Source: an uncultured Parachlamydiaceae bacterium
GTDB lineage: Bacteria > Chlamydiota > Chlamydiia > Chlamydiales > Parachlamydiaceae
DNA length: 64,000 nt
Assembly: GCA_963742415.1 (NCBI GenBank)
Contig: CAVULX010000003.1
Span: 544,001 to 608,000 of the forward strand
Direction: 5' to 3'
The notes under the pieces: generated by a model
What the model was told of the DNA's origin: nothing
Database searches by the model: none
What the model saw: only the letters and a program-made list of their open reading frames with translations
Program-made: the position numbers and the translations under genes
Part shown: piece by piece, positions 1 to 9,269 of the stretch
Layout of the letters: each line of letters begins with the position of its first letter
Position numbering within the stretch: the first letter of the stretch is position 1

Positions 1-857
1 GCTGCAATCAAGCCTGGGATGAACAAGGACGATTATCTGCCGCCATTCTTTATGAAAAAGGGGTGCTTCAAGGCGAATCTCTGTACTACCATACCAATGG
101 AAATGTTTGGAAAAAGGTCCCATTTGAAAAAAATGAAGTGAACGGAACTTATGAAGTCTTTTTAGAAGATGGCCGCCTCCTACTTTCTTCTGAATATAAA
201 AATGGACAACGGCATGGCTGTACGACACGTTATTGGGGCGACGGGTCCATCTCTTCGGATGAAACATTTTGCGATGGAAGATTGATCGAAGGGCATTATT
301 ACGACCTGTGTGGAAATGAAGTGGCCCGGATTGATCAAGGCAATGGAGAAAGGGCCATATTTGGAAAAAACTCCCTCATCGAATTGCATGAGTATCGAGA
401 TGGGATTTTAGAAGGGGAAATCAAAATCTTTGGGCGATATCATAATTTGTTTCGGGTTTTCCATATCAAAAATGGTCTCAAACATGGGGAAGAAATAGAA
501 TACTATGAGAAGCCGGTTAAAGGGCAGGCCTTGCAACCTAAGCTGCTTGTTTCATGGTATGATTCCAAAATTCAAGGGGTTTGCAAAACGTGGTATGACA
601 ACGGAATGTTGGAAAGCCAGCGGGAAATGAGCAATAATGCTAAAAATGGAATGCTGACGGCATGGTATAGAGATGGAAATCTCATGTTGATCGAAGACTA
701 TGAGCGAAATAAACTGATGCGGGGAGAATACTATAAAAAAGGGGAAAAAACCCCTATCAGCACAATCAGCTTTGGCAAAGGAATAGCGACTCTGTATGGT
801 TCTGAAGGGCATTTCATGAGAAAAGTAAGCTACCTCAATGGAGCGCCTGTAGAATGA
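1..857 (+). CDS. MORN-variant repeat / YwqK-like protein, 5' end outside window
   Basis: Frame open from position 3; repeated 'YxNGxxxG...WYxNG' beta-hairpin motifs. Confidence 0.8.
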   Translation, partial: CNQAWDEQGRLSAAILYEKGVLQGESLYYHTNGNVWKKVPFEKNEVNGTYEVFLEDGRLLLSSEYKNGQRHGCTTRYWGDGSISSDETFCDGRLIEGHYYDLCGNEVARIDQGNGERAIFGKNSLIELHEYRDGILEGEIKIFGRYHNLFRVFHIKNGLKHGEEIEYYEKPVKGQALQPKLLVSWYDSKIQGVCKTWYDNGMLESQREMSNNAKNGMLTAWYRDGNLMLIEDYERNKLMRGEYYKKGEKTPISTISFGKGIATLYGSEGHFMRKVSYLNGAPVE

Positions 858-1399
858 GTTGGGTTGAAGGCCAAAAAAAGGAGCTTCGCCTCCAAGCTCG
901 ATCCATGAGAAAAAAGATAGGAGCCGAGCGGCGAACAGAAGCGGAAGACCGGGCTTTTCAATCTCTGACAGAAAAAGTCCAGCTCGCGGCTTGGGTGTTA
1001 TCTTACGCTTCCTTCGGGGATGAATTTGATACATGGAAAATTAATGGTTGGCTCGCAGACAAAGGGGCTTTAGTCCTTCCGAAGATGGAGCAAATGGGTT
1101 TGAAGCTTTATCAGGTCGAAAAGATCGATTTGCAATTGCAAACAAATAGTTGGGGCATTAGGGAGCCTATCCCTGAGAAATGCTGCGAAGTCGATCCTTC
1201 AAAAATTTCGTTGGCTCTTATCCCTGGATTGGCCTTCGATCCTTTTTTTCAGCGGCTCGGCTATGGCCAAGGCTATTACGATCGTCTCCTTCCCAAGCTT
1301 GCATTTCGCTTTGGGCTCGGCTTTATCGAACAAACCGTGGCTTTTCCTCTCCCCACCTTGCCCACCGACGTTCCCCTGTCCGGCCTCTTTTTGTTTTAG
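854..1399 (+). CDS. ygfA: 5-formyltetrahydrofolate cyclo-ligase
   Basis: N-terminal KKELR; 'LIPGLAFD...RLGYGQGYYDRLL' signature. Confidence 0.92.
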   Translation: MSWVEGQKKELRLQARSMRKKIGAERRTEAEDRAFQSLTEKVQLAAWVLSYASFGDEFDTWKINGWLADKGALVLPKMEQMGLKLYQVEKIDLQLQTNSWGIREPIPEKCCEVDPSKISLALIPGLAFDPFFQRLGYGQGYYDRLLPKLAFRFGLGFIEQTVAFPLPTLPTDVPLSGLFLF

Positions 1400-1409
1400 C
1401 TGAGCCAAG

Positions 1410-2036
1410 TTAAGAGCTAGGTGTTTTCTGAAAATACCAAACATTGTCATTCACATGCAGGGTCAAGTCAAGCGCTGTAGCTGCGCGAGTGACACCGCTT
1501 TGCACCGACTTATCGTACCAATTATTTCCACAAAGGGTTCCATTATTGGATAAATGGGGAAACCAAGCTAAGATTTCTGCGTAAATTTCGTCCCGGTTGT
1601 TTGCACCGACTAAGCTGATGAAATCAGCTGTAATATTCAAAGAATTGGCTGCTTCAAGCGAACTCATCCGAATCGGAGTGATCAAGTTAGTTGTGTTTTC
1701 TTGTTTGACGTTAGATAGAAATTTTTGAAAGAGAAACTTTTGAGAAGGCTCTTTCGTTTGCCACATGCTTATAGAAAAAATTTGTGTCACAGTGGGCAAG
1801 TTGGGCGCTTGTTGAGCTACAAATCTAGCGACGCCTCCATCTTGAGAGTCTATGTCAATGATAACAGCCGCTTGGCTTGTATTTATCAAATTATAGTACA
1901 CATACCCATCAAGAACGAAGTAGGGGGTTTGAGGCAGGTTGTTCACAGAATTATAAGGCTGAGGCAAGTCGCCATAGACAGATGCTGTGGTCAAGAAAGT
2001 AGATAAGAAAAGTAAATTTCTTAAATATTTGTTCAT
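1410..2036 (-). CDS. Exported class I SAM-methyltransferase-like protein (degenerate)
   Basis: Start at MNKYL with signal-like N-terminus; 'ITPIRMSSLEAA', 'ILAWFPHLSNNGTLCGNNW' resemble Methyltransf_24-type motifs. Confidence 0.55.
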   Translation of the reverse strand: MNKYLRNLLFLSTFLTTASVYGDLPQPYNSVNNLPQTPYFVLDGYVYYNLINTSQAAVIIDIDSQDGGVARFVAQQAPNLPTVTQIFSISMWQTKEPSQKFLFQKFLSNVKQENTTNLITPIRMSSLEAANSLNITADFISLVGANNRDEIYAEILAWFPHLSNNGTLCGNNWYDKSVQSGVTRAATALDLTLHVNDNVWYFQKTPSS

Positions 2037-2202
2037 AATTCCCCCTTTTGATTTGGGTGCAGTTAAATTTTTTTTACTGCTTTTAATAAAAAGATTCAAG
2101 AATTTTTGCTGACAACATTTGATGCAAAAGTTTCGATTCTTATTGAAAATATCGTAGGAAACGGAATACAATTTTTTTCTCTTAATGAATCGAGGCGCAA
2201 TC

Positions 2203-3108
2203 ATGTTTAAAAAAATATTTTCCGTTCCCATTTTCCTTCTCTTTGCTTTATTTACATCAACCACGGCAAGTGCCAAATTTTTAGAGACGAATCGTTTTTC
2301 CGATATTTTACCGGAGATCGATCAAGAGACTCTTGTTCTTGTCGATATCGACGAGACGATCTTGACAATGCCGGGTTCTCTAGGAACGACCGCTTGCTGG
2401 GATCATTTCATAGAAGTTCTTTCCCGTTTAAATTTTGATAAGAAAAACTGGTTTCCTGCCTTGACTCCTACGATTTATAAAATTACAAGGACCCTGCCTG
2501 CAGTTGCCGTAGAGCCTGATGCCGCTTCTGTTATCCGTTCTTTGCAAGAGCGGGGGATTACAGTTTGGTCTTTAACGGGAAGAGACAAAGAAGCCCCTTG
2601 GGATCGCCACTCTTCCACCCTGACGCGAAACCAACTCAACTCCCTGGGAGTCGACTTTGAAAAAAGCGCCCTTCCTGCAGGTGTTCTCTTCAACACAGCA
2701 GTTCCACCCAAAAATTACGCTTATGGAATCATCTTTACAAATCAAACCTTAAAAGGTCCTGTTCTGGTGGAATTTCTTACCGCTATTCAATATCGGCCAA
2801 AAAAAATTGTGATGATCGATGATTTGCATGAGCAGCTCGTTTCTCTGCATGAAGAGCTTGATAAAGCCGGCATTCCCGTGGTATGCGTCCACTACAAACG
2901 CCTTAAGGAAAGAGAGGAGAACCTCGATCCGATGATCGTTAATATTCAACTTCAAGAATTGATGAAAAGTAACAAAATTATAAGCGATGAAGAAGCCAAG
3001 CAGATGAAGCAAAAAATGCTGACTGAATCCCCAGGGATCGCGGCCGATTTTTATTTGGAAGAATTGTTCCAAAAAATAAAACAGGAAATGATAGAATCAA
3101 AAACTTAA
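2203..3108 (+). CDS. DUF2608-like HAD-fold exported protein
   Basis: Signal peptide; 'LVDIDETIL', 'LTGR', 'KGPVL', 'IVMIDD' motifs. Confidence 0.75.
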   Translation: MFKKIFSVPIFLLFALFTSTTASAKFLETNRFSDILPEIDQETLVLVDIDETILTMPGSLGTTACWDHFIEVLSRLNFDKKNWFPALTPTIYKITRTLPAVAVEPDAASVIRSLQERGITVWSLTGRDKEAPWDRHSSTLTRNQLNSLGVDFEKSALPAGVLFNTAVPPKNYAYGIIFTNQTLKGPVLVEFLTAIQYRPKKIVMIDDLHEQLVSLHEELDKAGIPVVCVHYKRLKEREENLDPMIVNIQLQELMKSNKIISDEEAKQMKQKMLTESPGIAADFYLEELFQKIKQEMIESKT

Positions 3109-3147
3109 AAAGATATTCACGCCATTAAGAGCTTTAAGGAGTTATTC

Positions 3148-4212
3148 ATGTCTCATTCAGATCAAGAGCGGAAAAAAGCGTTAGACCTTGCTGTCAGCCA
3201 TATTAAAAAGCAATTTGGGGACGGCGCCATCATGTCGTTTGGAAAGCATTCTTCCGGACGGGAAGTAAGCGTCATCAAAACAGGAGCGTTGTCGCTTGAT
3301 GCTGCTTTAGGAATAGGGGGATTGCCCCGCGGAAGAATCGTGGAAATTTTTGGGCCGGAATCCTCGGGGAAGTCCACTTTGGCGCTCCATGCGGTGGCCA
3401 ATGCGCAACGCACCGGCGGTGTGGCCGCTTATATTGATGCAGAACATGCTTTGGACCCCAGCTATGCGACTAAGATCGGCGTCAATATCGATGAACTGCT
3501 TATTTCTCAGCCGGACAGTGGTGAAGAGGCATTAAATATTGCGGAAACACTGGCGCGGTCCAATGCCATCGATGTCATTGTGATCGACTCGGTTGCCGCC
3601 CTCGTTCCAAAATCGGAACTCGAAGGGGAGATTGGTGATTCATTTATAGGACTGCAAGCCCGTCTGATGTCGCAAGCGTTGCGCAAGTTGACAGCCTCTT
3701 TAGCTAAAAGCAACACCTGTGCGATTTTTATCAACCAGATCCGGGAAAAAATCGGAGTGATGTATGGCAGCCCTGAAACGACGACGGGGGGGAGAGCCTT
3801 AAAGTTTTATGCTTCGATACGACTGGATATCCGGCGGATGGCGGGGATCAAAGGGGCTGATAATGGAGAGATCGGCAATCGGGTAAAAGTGAAAGTGGTT
3901 AAAAATAAGATGGCTCCTCCTTTCCAAGTGGGTGAATTTGACATCCTTTTTGACGAAGGGATTTCCCGCAGCGGCACCGTCACCGATATGGCGACAGAAT
4001 ACAACATCATCGAAAAAAAGGGGGCGTGGTTCAGCTATAAAGGGCAGCGGTACCAAGGAAGGGAAGCGGTGCTTAAAGAATTGAAAAAAAATAACCAGCT
4101 TTTAGACGAACTTGAAAACCTTGTTTTAGCGCACCACAAAGAGAAGCGTCCTAAAGGCGGCGTCAAGGCTCCTGTCGATTCAGAACCCGCTTTAGAGCCC
4201 GTAGAGGCCTAA
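3148..4212 (+). CDS. recA: Recombinase RecA
   Basis: GPESSGKST Walker A; '[11 protein letters not shown]', '[10 protein letters not shown]'; SD AAGGAG. Confidence 0.99.
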   Translation: MSHSDQERKKALDLAVSHIKKQFGDGAIMSFGKHSSGREVSVIKTGALSLDAALGIGGLPRGRIVEIFGPESSGKSTLALHAVANAQRTGGVAAYIDAEHALDPSYATKIGVNIDELLISQPDSGEEALNIAETLARSNAIDVIVIDSVAALVPKSELEGEIGDSFIGLQARLMSQALRKLTASLAKSNTCAIFINQIREKIGVMYGSPETTTGGRALKFYASIRLDIRRMAGIKGADNGEIGNRVKVKVVKNKMAPPFQVGEFDILFDEGISRSGTVTDMATEYNIIEKKGAWFSYKGQRYQGREAVLKELKKNNQLLDELENLVLAHHKEKRPKGGVKAPVDSEPALEPVEA

Positions 4213-4231
4213 TAAAATGTCCAAAATTCAG

Positions 4232-4264
4232 GATGCTGGTTTAGTTTTAAATCAGCATCTTTTT
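4232..4264 (+). terminator. Intrinsic terminator after recA
   Basis: gatgctggttta/taaatcagcatc stem followed by T run. Confidence 0.7.
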
Positions 4265-4330
4265 GATTGAGTATGATCGATCATAATTAGTCGATGCTGA
4301 TTTAACATCTATATCTACAAAAAAAGAATT

Positions 4331-4611
4331 TTATGCCGTCCTTTCAGGACTCTGTTTATTTTGCATTTTTCCCAGGCCTTCGCTTCGCTACGACCTGGGC
4401 TATAACATTTCGGCCTTTCAGGCCGTTTTCAGCGCCGAAGGCGCGTTGAAGTTTGGAATGGTTTTTAAATAAATTCCCGAAGGGAATTTATGTTGATTGA
4501 GAAATGTCCAAGCTCGAGAGCGCCGGAGGCGCGGAATATCATAGCCCAGGTCGAGCGAAGCGAAGGCCTGGGTAAAATGCAAAAAAACAGAGTCCTGTAA
4601 GGACGGCATAA
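4331..4611. repeat. Palindromic REP/MITE-like element, family A copy 1, with 73-bp internal insert
   Basis: Arms TTATGCCGTCC...CCCAGGCCTTCGCTTCGCTACGACCTGGGC inverted; near-identical copy at 21480-21674. Confidence 0.9.
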
Positions 4612-4616
4612 CTTAA

Positions 4617-4846
4617 TTACCTCTCAAAGTCAGCTAGAATATCATCTGATAGAGGTGCATCAAAATCTTTAGCTATCTTAATTTTTCCCTTCAGAATACC
4701 AAACCGACGCTCTGTTTTCCTTTCAAGGGGGCTAAGTTTAGCCACTGGTTTCCCTGCCATAGCATTAAAATTTCATTTCCGTGAATGACAGAGTCCACAA
4801 GCTTCGAAAAATGTGTTTTTGTTTCATGTATATTAACAATGCACAT
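4617..4846 (-). pseudogene. Phd/YefM-family antitoxin, 1-nt frameshift, no cognate toxin
   Basis: Reconstructs to MCIVNIHETKTHFSKLVDSVIHGNEIL-/-AMAGKPVAKLSPL...FGILKGKIKIAKDFDAPLSDDILADFER. Confidence 0.85.
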
Positions 4847-4887
4847 AGTTTGTCTGCTTTGTAACTGGGCTTAATCTATTTTGAATT

Positions 4888-5595
4888 TTAGCTTTTCGAA
4901 AACAGCATTAAAACCTTGTGGCTTATGTTGTGCACGTCTGTTCTATTCAATGGAAACAAGATTATGGAGCGTGGAGCTTCCGGCAAATCCGATAATAAGT
5001 TGAAACTGGATAGGGCTGAAACCTGTAAATCATGAATTTTTGAAAACATTGTATTTATCTTTTCCTTGTTTGCATCGTCAGCCTCTCTAAGATATTCTTT
5101 TCTCAGACCGTTCTCAATGTCTTTTAGTTCTTTAAAATTAGATTCTGAATTTTTAAACCACTCTTTCACTTGGGTTAGATCTTTCCATTTTTCATCGTTT
5201 ACTTTTATATATGCTGCTCTGCGGGTGTTTATCATGTCAGTTTCATGGAGAGTGGAAAATAATCTAGCTGCGGATCCAAAGAAAACCAAGCTTGTTAGAA
5301 CCCGGTTTGCTAAAGGTTCCTTCAGAGAAAATTTTATAGAAATTAGGGAAGCCCACTTTAGGCCCAATGCCACAAAAATACTAGTCACTAATGCACCTGT
5401 TATGGCTGCAGAGACATAATAGGTGGCTTTTTTTAGAAAAAAGCCCCAGCCTCTGCGTTCATCCTGCAGCATTTTTTGCATGTCGTCAGAAATATCTTTA
5501 ATGTTGCGACCATTGCTAAACCTCTCGAACAAAGTCGTAAGTAATACCTCTTTAAAAGTAAATCCTTTTGGACCATTGCCTTTAGTGAAGGCCAT
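4888..5595 (-). CDS. Hypothetical membrane protein (Inc-like paired hydrophobic segments plus coiled coil)
   Basis: 235-aa ORF, SD GGAGGAG, two hydrophobic stretches. Confidence 0.6.
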   Translation of the reverse strand: MAFTKGNGPKGFTFKEVLLTTLFERFSNGRNIKDISDDMQKMLQDERRGWGFFLKKATYYVSAAITGALVTSIFVALGLKWASLISIKFSLKEPLANRVLTSLVFFGSAARLFSTLHETDMINTRRAAYIKVNDEKWKDLTQVKEWFKNSESNFKELKDIENGLRKEYLREADDANKEKINTMFSKIHDLQVSALSSFNLLSDLPEAPRSIILFPLNRTDVHNISHKVLMLFSKS

Positions 5596-5657
5596 TCAGG
5601 TTTCTCCTCCACAATTCTAACTCAGATTTCTAGTATTCTCAATCTGAATAGAGGATC

Positions 5658-6383
5658 TCAACCGCAGAACCGCTCTTTAAAAATATTCTCAAGGATAGAT
5701 TGCATCTCTCTTCTCCCTTCTTTTAGATCCCACTCCGAACAGTTTAAGCCTAGTAGAGGGTAGCTGTTGCGATACATCGCTGTTTGGATAGCTGCAGGGG
5801 ATCCTAATACATCTTGTAAAAAATCATCTGAGGGCAATGATAGGGCGATGCTTCCTTGGTGCAATAGACCATGTTTAGTGCGCCTTTGGGCTCCTCCCCC
5901 TACTTTTTTTCCGGCAATCATGACATCATATTTTGTCGGTTTTGCCATACAGAAACATTGGCACTGTTGATCGAGTGGGATCGCCTCATTTTTTAAGAGA
6001 GTAGGGAAGCTTTGAGATCCTGAAAATCTTGTAATGGCTTCAATGACACAATTATTTATCAGGGCATAATTCGCTAAAGTGTTCAGAGAGAAAGCGGGAT
6101 GTGAAGAGCTGAGAAGGATGGAAAAAGCCAAGTCGCAATGGTGGAAGATGATACCCCCGCCCGTAGGCCGTTTGGCAAGCTGAACCTGCCATTTTTTTAT
6201 CCCCTCTTCGGAAAGAAGCAAAAACGGGTTGGCGAAATAGCCATAAGTCGCTGCATTTTGCTCCCAAGAATAGAAATGGAGGATATTATTCGAATTTTGA
6301 GAAAGGGCTTCCAGCCCTTGTTCATCCTTAGCCATTAAGCTCGCGGCAGAACTTTTTTCTGAGAGGATGACATTGAGTTGCAT
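5658..6383 (-). CDS. Lipoate-protein ligase family protein
   Basis: 'KRPTGGGIIFH..DLAFS', 'KKVGGGAQRR..GLLHQGSI'. Confidence 0.88.
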   Translation of the reverse strand: MQLNVILSEKSSAASLMAKDEQGLEALSQNSNNILHFYSWEQNAATYGYFANPFLLLSEEGIKKWQVQLAKRPTGGGIIFHHCDLAFSILLSSSHPAFSLNTLANYALINNCVIEAITRFSGSQSFPTLLKNEAIPLDQQCQCFCMAKPTKYDVMIAGKKVGGGAQRRTKHGLLHQGSIALSLPSDDFLQDVLGSPAAIQTAMYRNSYPLLGLNCSEWDLKEGRREMQSILENIFKERFCG

Positions 6384-6385
6384 CT

Positions 6386-7069
6386 TTATTTCGTCAAAAT
6401 AGGATTTAATTTGTCCGATAATTTATCGCCGAAGCTGTATCCCCATTGTTTAAGGGCATGTGTGTGGGGATCGTTGGGTTGGAAGGTATAAACGGCGTTG
6501 GATTTGACATAGGTGATCAATAAATAAGCATATTCTGAATTAGATCCAAGCTCTTGGAGGTCTATAGGCGAGGTAGGGTGGAAGAAGACAGCATGCCCTG
6601 GGATCCGGGAAAAGATGGAAGAGGCGGCAGCGGTTGTTGGGGATTCAACGGCAGGCCCTTTTAAACACAACATGAGCCCGCAGACAATCCCTTGAATGCA
6701 AGATAATCCATTTAAATCCCCTTGTTTGAGTAGTTCGAGATAGTTTAAAGGGGAAGGAAAATATTCGTCGAAGCCTAGCCTTAATGGCTGCTGTTGTGTG
6801 AGTTCAGAGGCAATTTCGGCAAGTTTTGGCGACGCTACGGTTTTGCGGATCGTAGGGTTGCTTCTCCATAGATCGTACCCTTGAAGGAAAAGAAGCTGAG
6901 GTTGAGCCTCCGAGAGGCCTATTACGGGGATGTTCATTCTTTGAGCAAGAACCTCCTGAATGGAATGATTCAAGGGATCCAGCTGTGCGGGAGACAGTAA
7001 GTCTTGAAATTCAATAAACCCCTGCTTATTGAAGTAATCCCGATGTTGAAAATGGACTGCAAATTTCAT
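6386..7069 (-). CDS. Conserved chlamydial protein, CT296-like (2OG-Fe(II) dioxygenase-like fold)
   Basis: 'GFIEFQDLL', 'GYDLWR', 'LRLGFD', 'GYSFGDKL...NPI'; divergent from rnc as in Chlamydia. Confidence 0.7.
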   Translation of the reverse strand: MKFAVHFQHRDYFNKQGFIEFQDLLSPAQLDPLNHSIQEVLAQRMNIPVIGLSEAQPQLLFLQGYDLWRSNPTIRKTVASPKLAEIASELTQQQPLRLGFDEYFPSPLNYLELLKQGDLNGLSCIQGIVCGLMLCLKGPAVESPTTAAASSIFSRIPGHAVFFHPTSPIDLQELGSNSEYAYLLITYVKSNAVYTFQPNDPHTHALKQWGYSFGDKLSDKLNPILTK

Positions 7070-7170
7070 TTTTATGGTTTGGTAATTTAGCCCCTAATTA
7101 TGAGCTTTTCTTGCATTCTTATAAAGCTTTTATCTTCTGAAAAAATAAGATCTCATTTACAATTTTTTTC

Positions 7171-7881
7171 ATGAAGACCATGGAAGAGATTGTAAAAAGA
7201 ATTCCTGAAATCGAAGCTAAGTTACATTATACCTTTAAAGACCCCTCTTTTCTTATCTTGGCTTTTATCCACCGATCCTATGCCAACGAGCATCGGGAGA
7301 TCACCGATCATAATGAAAGGCTTGAATTTTTAGGGGATTCGGTTTTAGGCTTGGTGGCTGCTGAATATGTCTATTTGAACATGCCTTCAATTCCTGAAGG
7401 GGATCTCTCCCTTTTTCGCTCGCGCCTAGTCGACGCAACTTCTTGTTTCAACTATATTGAAAAGCTTAAGGTCGACGAGTATATCATGCTGGGAAAAGGG
7501 GAAAAAAGGGGGGATGGCCGGGGGAGGGATACGATTCTATCAGATCTTTTTGAGGCTATCATAGGGGCGATTTTTTTAGATTCCGGTTTGGAAGCAGCAA
7601 AAAAATTTATTCTGGACAATTTCTCTGAAGAGATCCAAGAGATTCTCAAAAAGCCGGAATACAATTGGAAAGCCTTATTGCAAGAGTATTGTCAGAAAAC
7701 TTATCAGAAGCAGCCCACATATGCTGTAATAAGCGAAACCGGGCCGGAGCACAGTAAGATGTTCAAAGTGATTGTTTCTTTAGACGATGCAAAACTAGGG
7801 GAAGGGGAAGGGAGTTCAAAAAAAATTGCTCAACAGGCGGCTGCTGCCGACGCCTTAACCCGCTTTTCCATTACAAGCTGA
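7171..7881 (+). CDS. rnc: Ribonuclease III
   Basis: 'NERLEFLGDSVLG' signature and C-terminal dsRBD. Confidence 0.98.
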   Translation: MKTMEEIVKRIPEIEAKLHYTFKDPSFLILAFIHRSYANEHREITDHNERLEFLGDSVLGLVAAEYVYLNMPSIPEGDLSLFRSRLVDATSCFNYIEKLKVDEYIMLGKGEKRGDGRGRDTILSDLFEAIIGAIFLDSGLEAAKKFILDNFSEEIQEILKKPEYNWKALLQEYCQKTYQKQPTYAVISETGPEHSKMFKVIVSLDDAKLGEGEGSSKKIAQQAAAADALTRFSITS

Positions 7882-7888
7882 GATTGCC

Positions 7889-9262
7889 ATGACGACAAAA
7901 CAAAAACGGGTTTGGTATTGCAACGAATGCGGCCATAAGCAACTTAAATGGACCGGACAATGCCCCCAATGTTCTTCATGGAATACCCTTCATGAAGAAA
8001 TCGAAACCGCAAACACCCCTAAGCGTTTTGAAGCTCAAAGAGATTCCCAAGTACGGCCGGTAAGGATCAAAGATGTTAAAATTGGAGAGACTCCCCGCTT
8101 ATATACTTCGATTGGGGAATTTGATCGTTTGGTTGGCGGCGGAGTGGTTTTGGGATCGTTAGCTCTCATTGGCGGAGAGCCCGGAGTCGGCAAATCTACC
8201 CTTTTGCTTCAACTTTCCAATGCTTTTGCCCAACAAGGGTTAACTGTTTTATATATTTGCGGAGAAGAGTCTGTTGAGCAAACATCGATGCGAGCTGCTC
8301 GGTTGGACATCCATTCCGAGAATCTTTTTTTGCTGAATGAAACGAATTTTTCTTTAATCAAAGCCCATATTGATCAAATCAAGCCCCATATTCTCATTGT
8401 GGACTCCATTCAAATCGTCTACAAGCCTGAAATTTCATCCTCTCCAGGTTCTGTTTCCCAGGTGAGAGAAACGACCACAGAATTTATGCATATTGCTAAG
8501 GGGCATGGAATTACAACCTTTCTGATCGGCCATGTAACCAAGGCAGGGGAAATTGCCGGCCCTCGGGTGTTGGAGCACTTAGTGGATACGGTCCTATATT
8601 TCGAAGGGGATAAGCAGCAGAACTACCGGATGGTCCGTGTGGTGAAAAATCGGTTCGGGCCCACGGATGAAATAGCTGTTTTTCAGATGAATACTAAAGG
8701 ATTGACTGAAGTTCCCAATCCCTCCCAAATCTTTCTGGAAGAAAGGATGAAAGATGTTGTAGGGTCTGTCGTGATTCCCACCATTGAAGGGACCCGTCCT
8801 TTTCTGATTGAGGCTCAAGCCCTGGTTACAGATACAGTCTTTAGCACCCCATCCAGACGCAGCACAGGATTAGATCAAAATCGGTTAGCTCTTCTTTTGG
8901 CAGTATTGGAAAAGCGGATGGGGTATCAACTCCATCGGTGCGATGTCTTTGTATCTGTGGCTGGAGGAATGCGTGTTTTGGAACCTGCCGCAGATTTAGG
9001 GATATTGACCGCAGTTGCATCGTCGATGAGAAATCGGAGAATTAATCCGGAAACCATCGTCATTGGAGAAGTGGGGCTTGGCGGTGAAATTCGAAGCGTT
9101 TCCCGTATCGAGAGCCGCATCAAAGAAGCGATCCATATGGGATTCAAAAGATGCGTCATTCCCAAGCGTAATCTGCAAGGGATTTCAGAGGAGATGAGGA
9201 AAAAGATTGCAATGATGAGTGTGGAATATGTCGATGAAGCTGTGCGAGCCTTGATTGATTGA
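7889..9262 (+). CDS. radA: DNA repair protein RadA/Sms
   Basis: C4 zinc finger, GEPGVGKST, KNRFG, Lon-like C-terminus. Confidence 0.98.
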   Translation: MTTKQKRVWYCNECGHKQLKWTGQCPQCSSWNTLHEEIETANTPKRFEAQRDSQVRPVRIKDVKIGETPRLYTSIGEFDRLVGGGVVLGSLALIGGEPGVGKSTLLLQLSNAFAQQGLTVLYICGEESVEQTSMRAARLDIHSENLFLLNETNFSLIKAHIDQIKPHILIVDSIQIVYKPEISSSPGSVSQVRETTTEFMHIAKGHGITTFLIGHVTKAGEIAGPRVLEHLVDTVLYFEGDKQQNYRMVRVVKNRFGPTDEIAVFQMNTKGLTEVPNPSQIFLEERMKDVVGSVVIPTIEGTRPFLIEAQALVTDTVFSTPSRRSTGLDQNRLALLLAVLEKRMGYQLHRCDVFVSVAGGMRVLEPAADLGILTAVASSMRNRRINPETIVIGEVGLGGEIRSVSRIESRIKEAIHMGFKRCVIPKRNLQGISEEMRKKIAMMSVEYVDEAVRALID

Positions 9263-9269
9263 GGAATCT

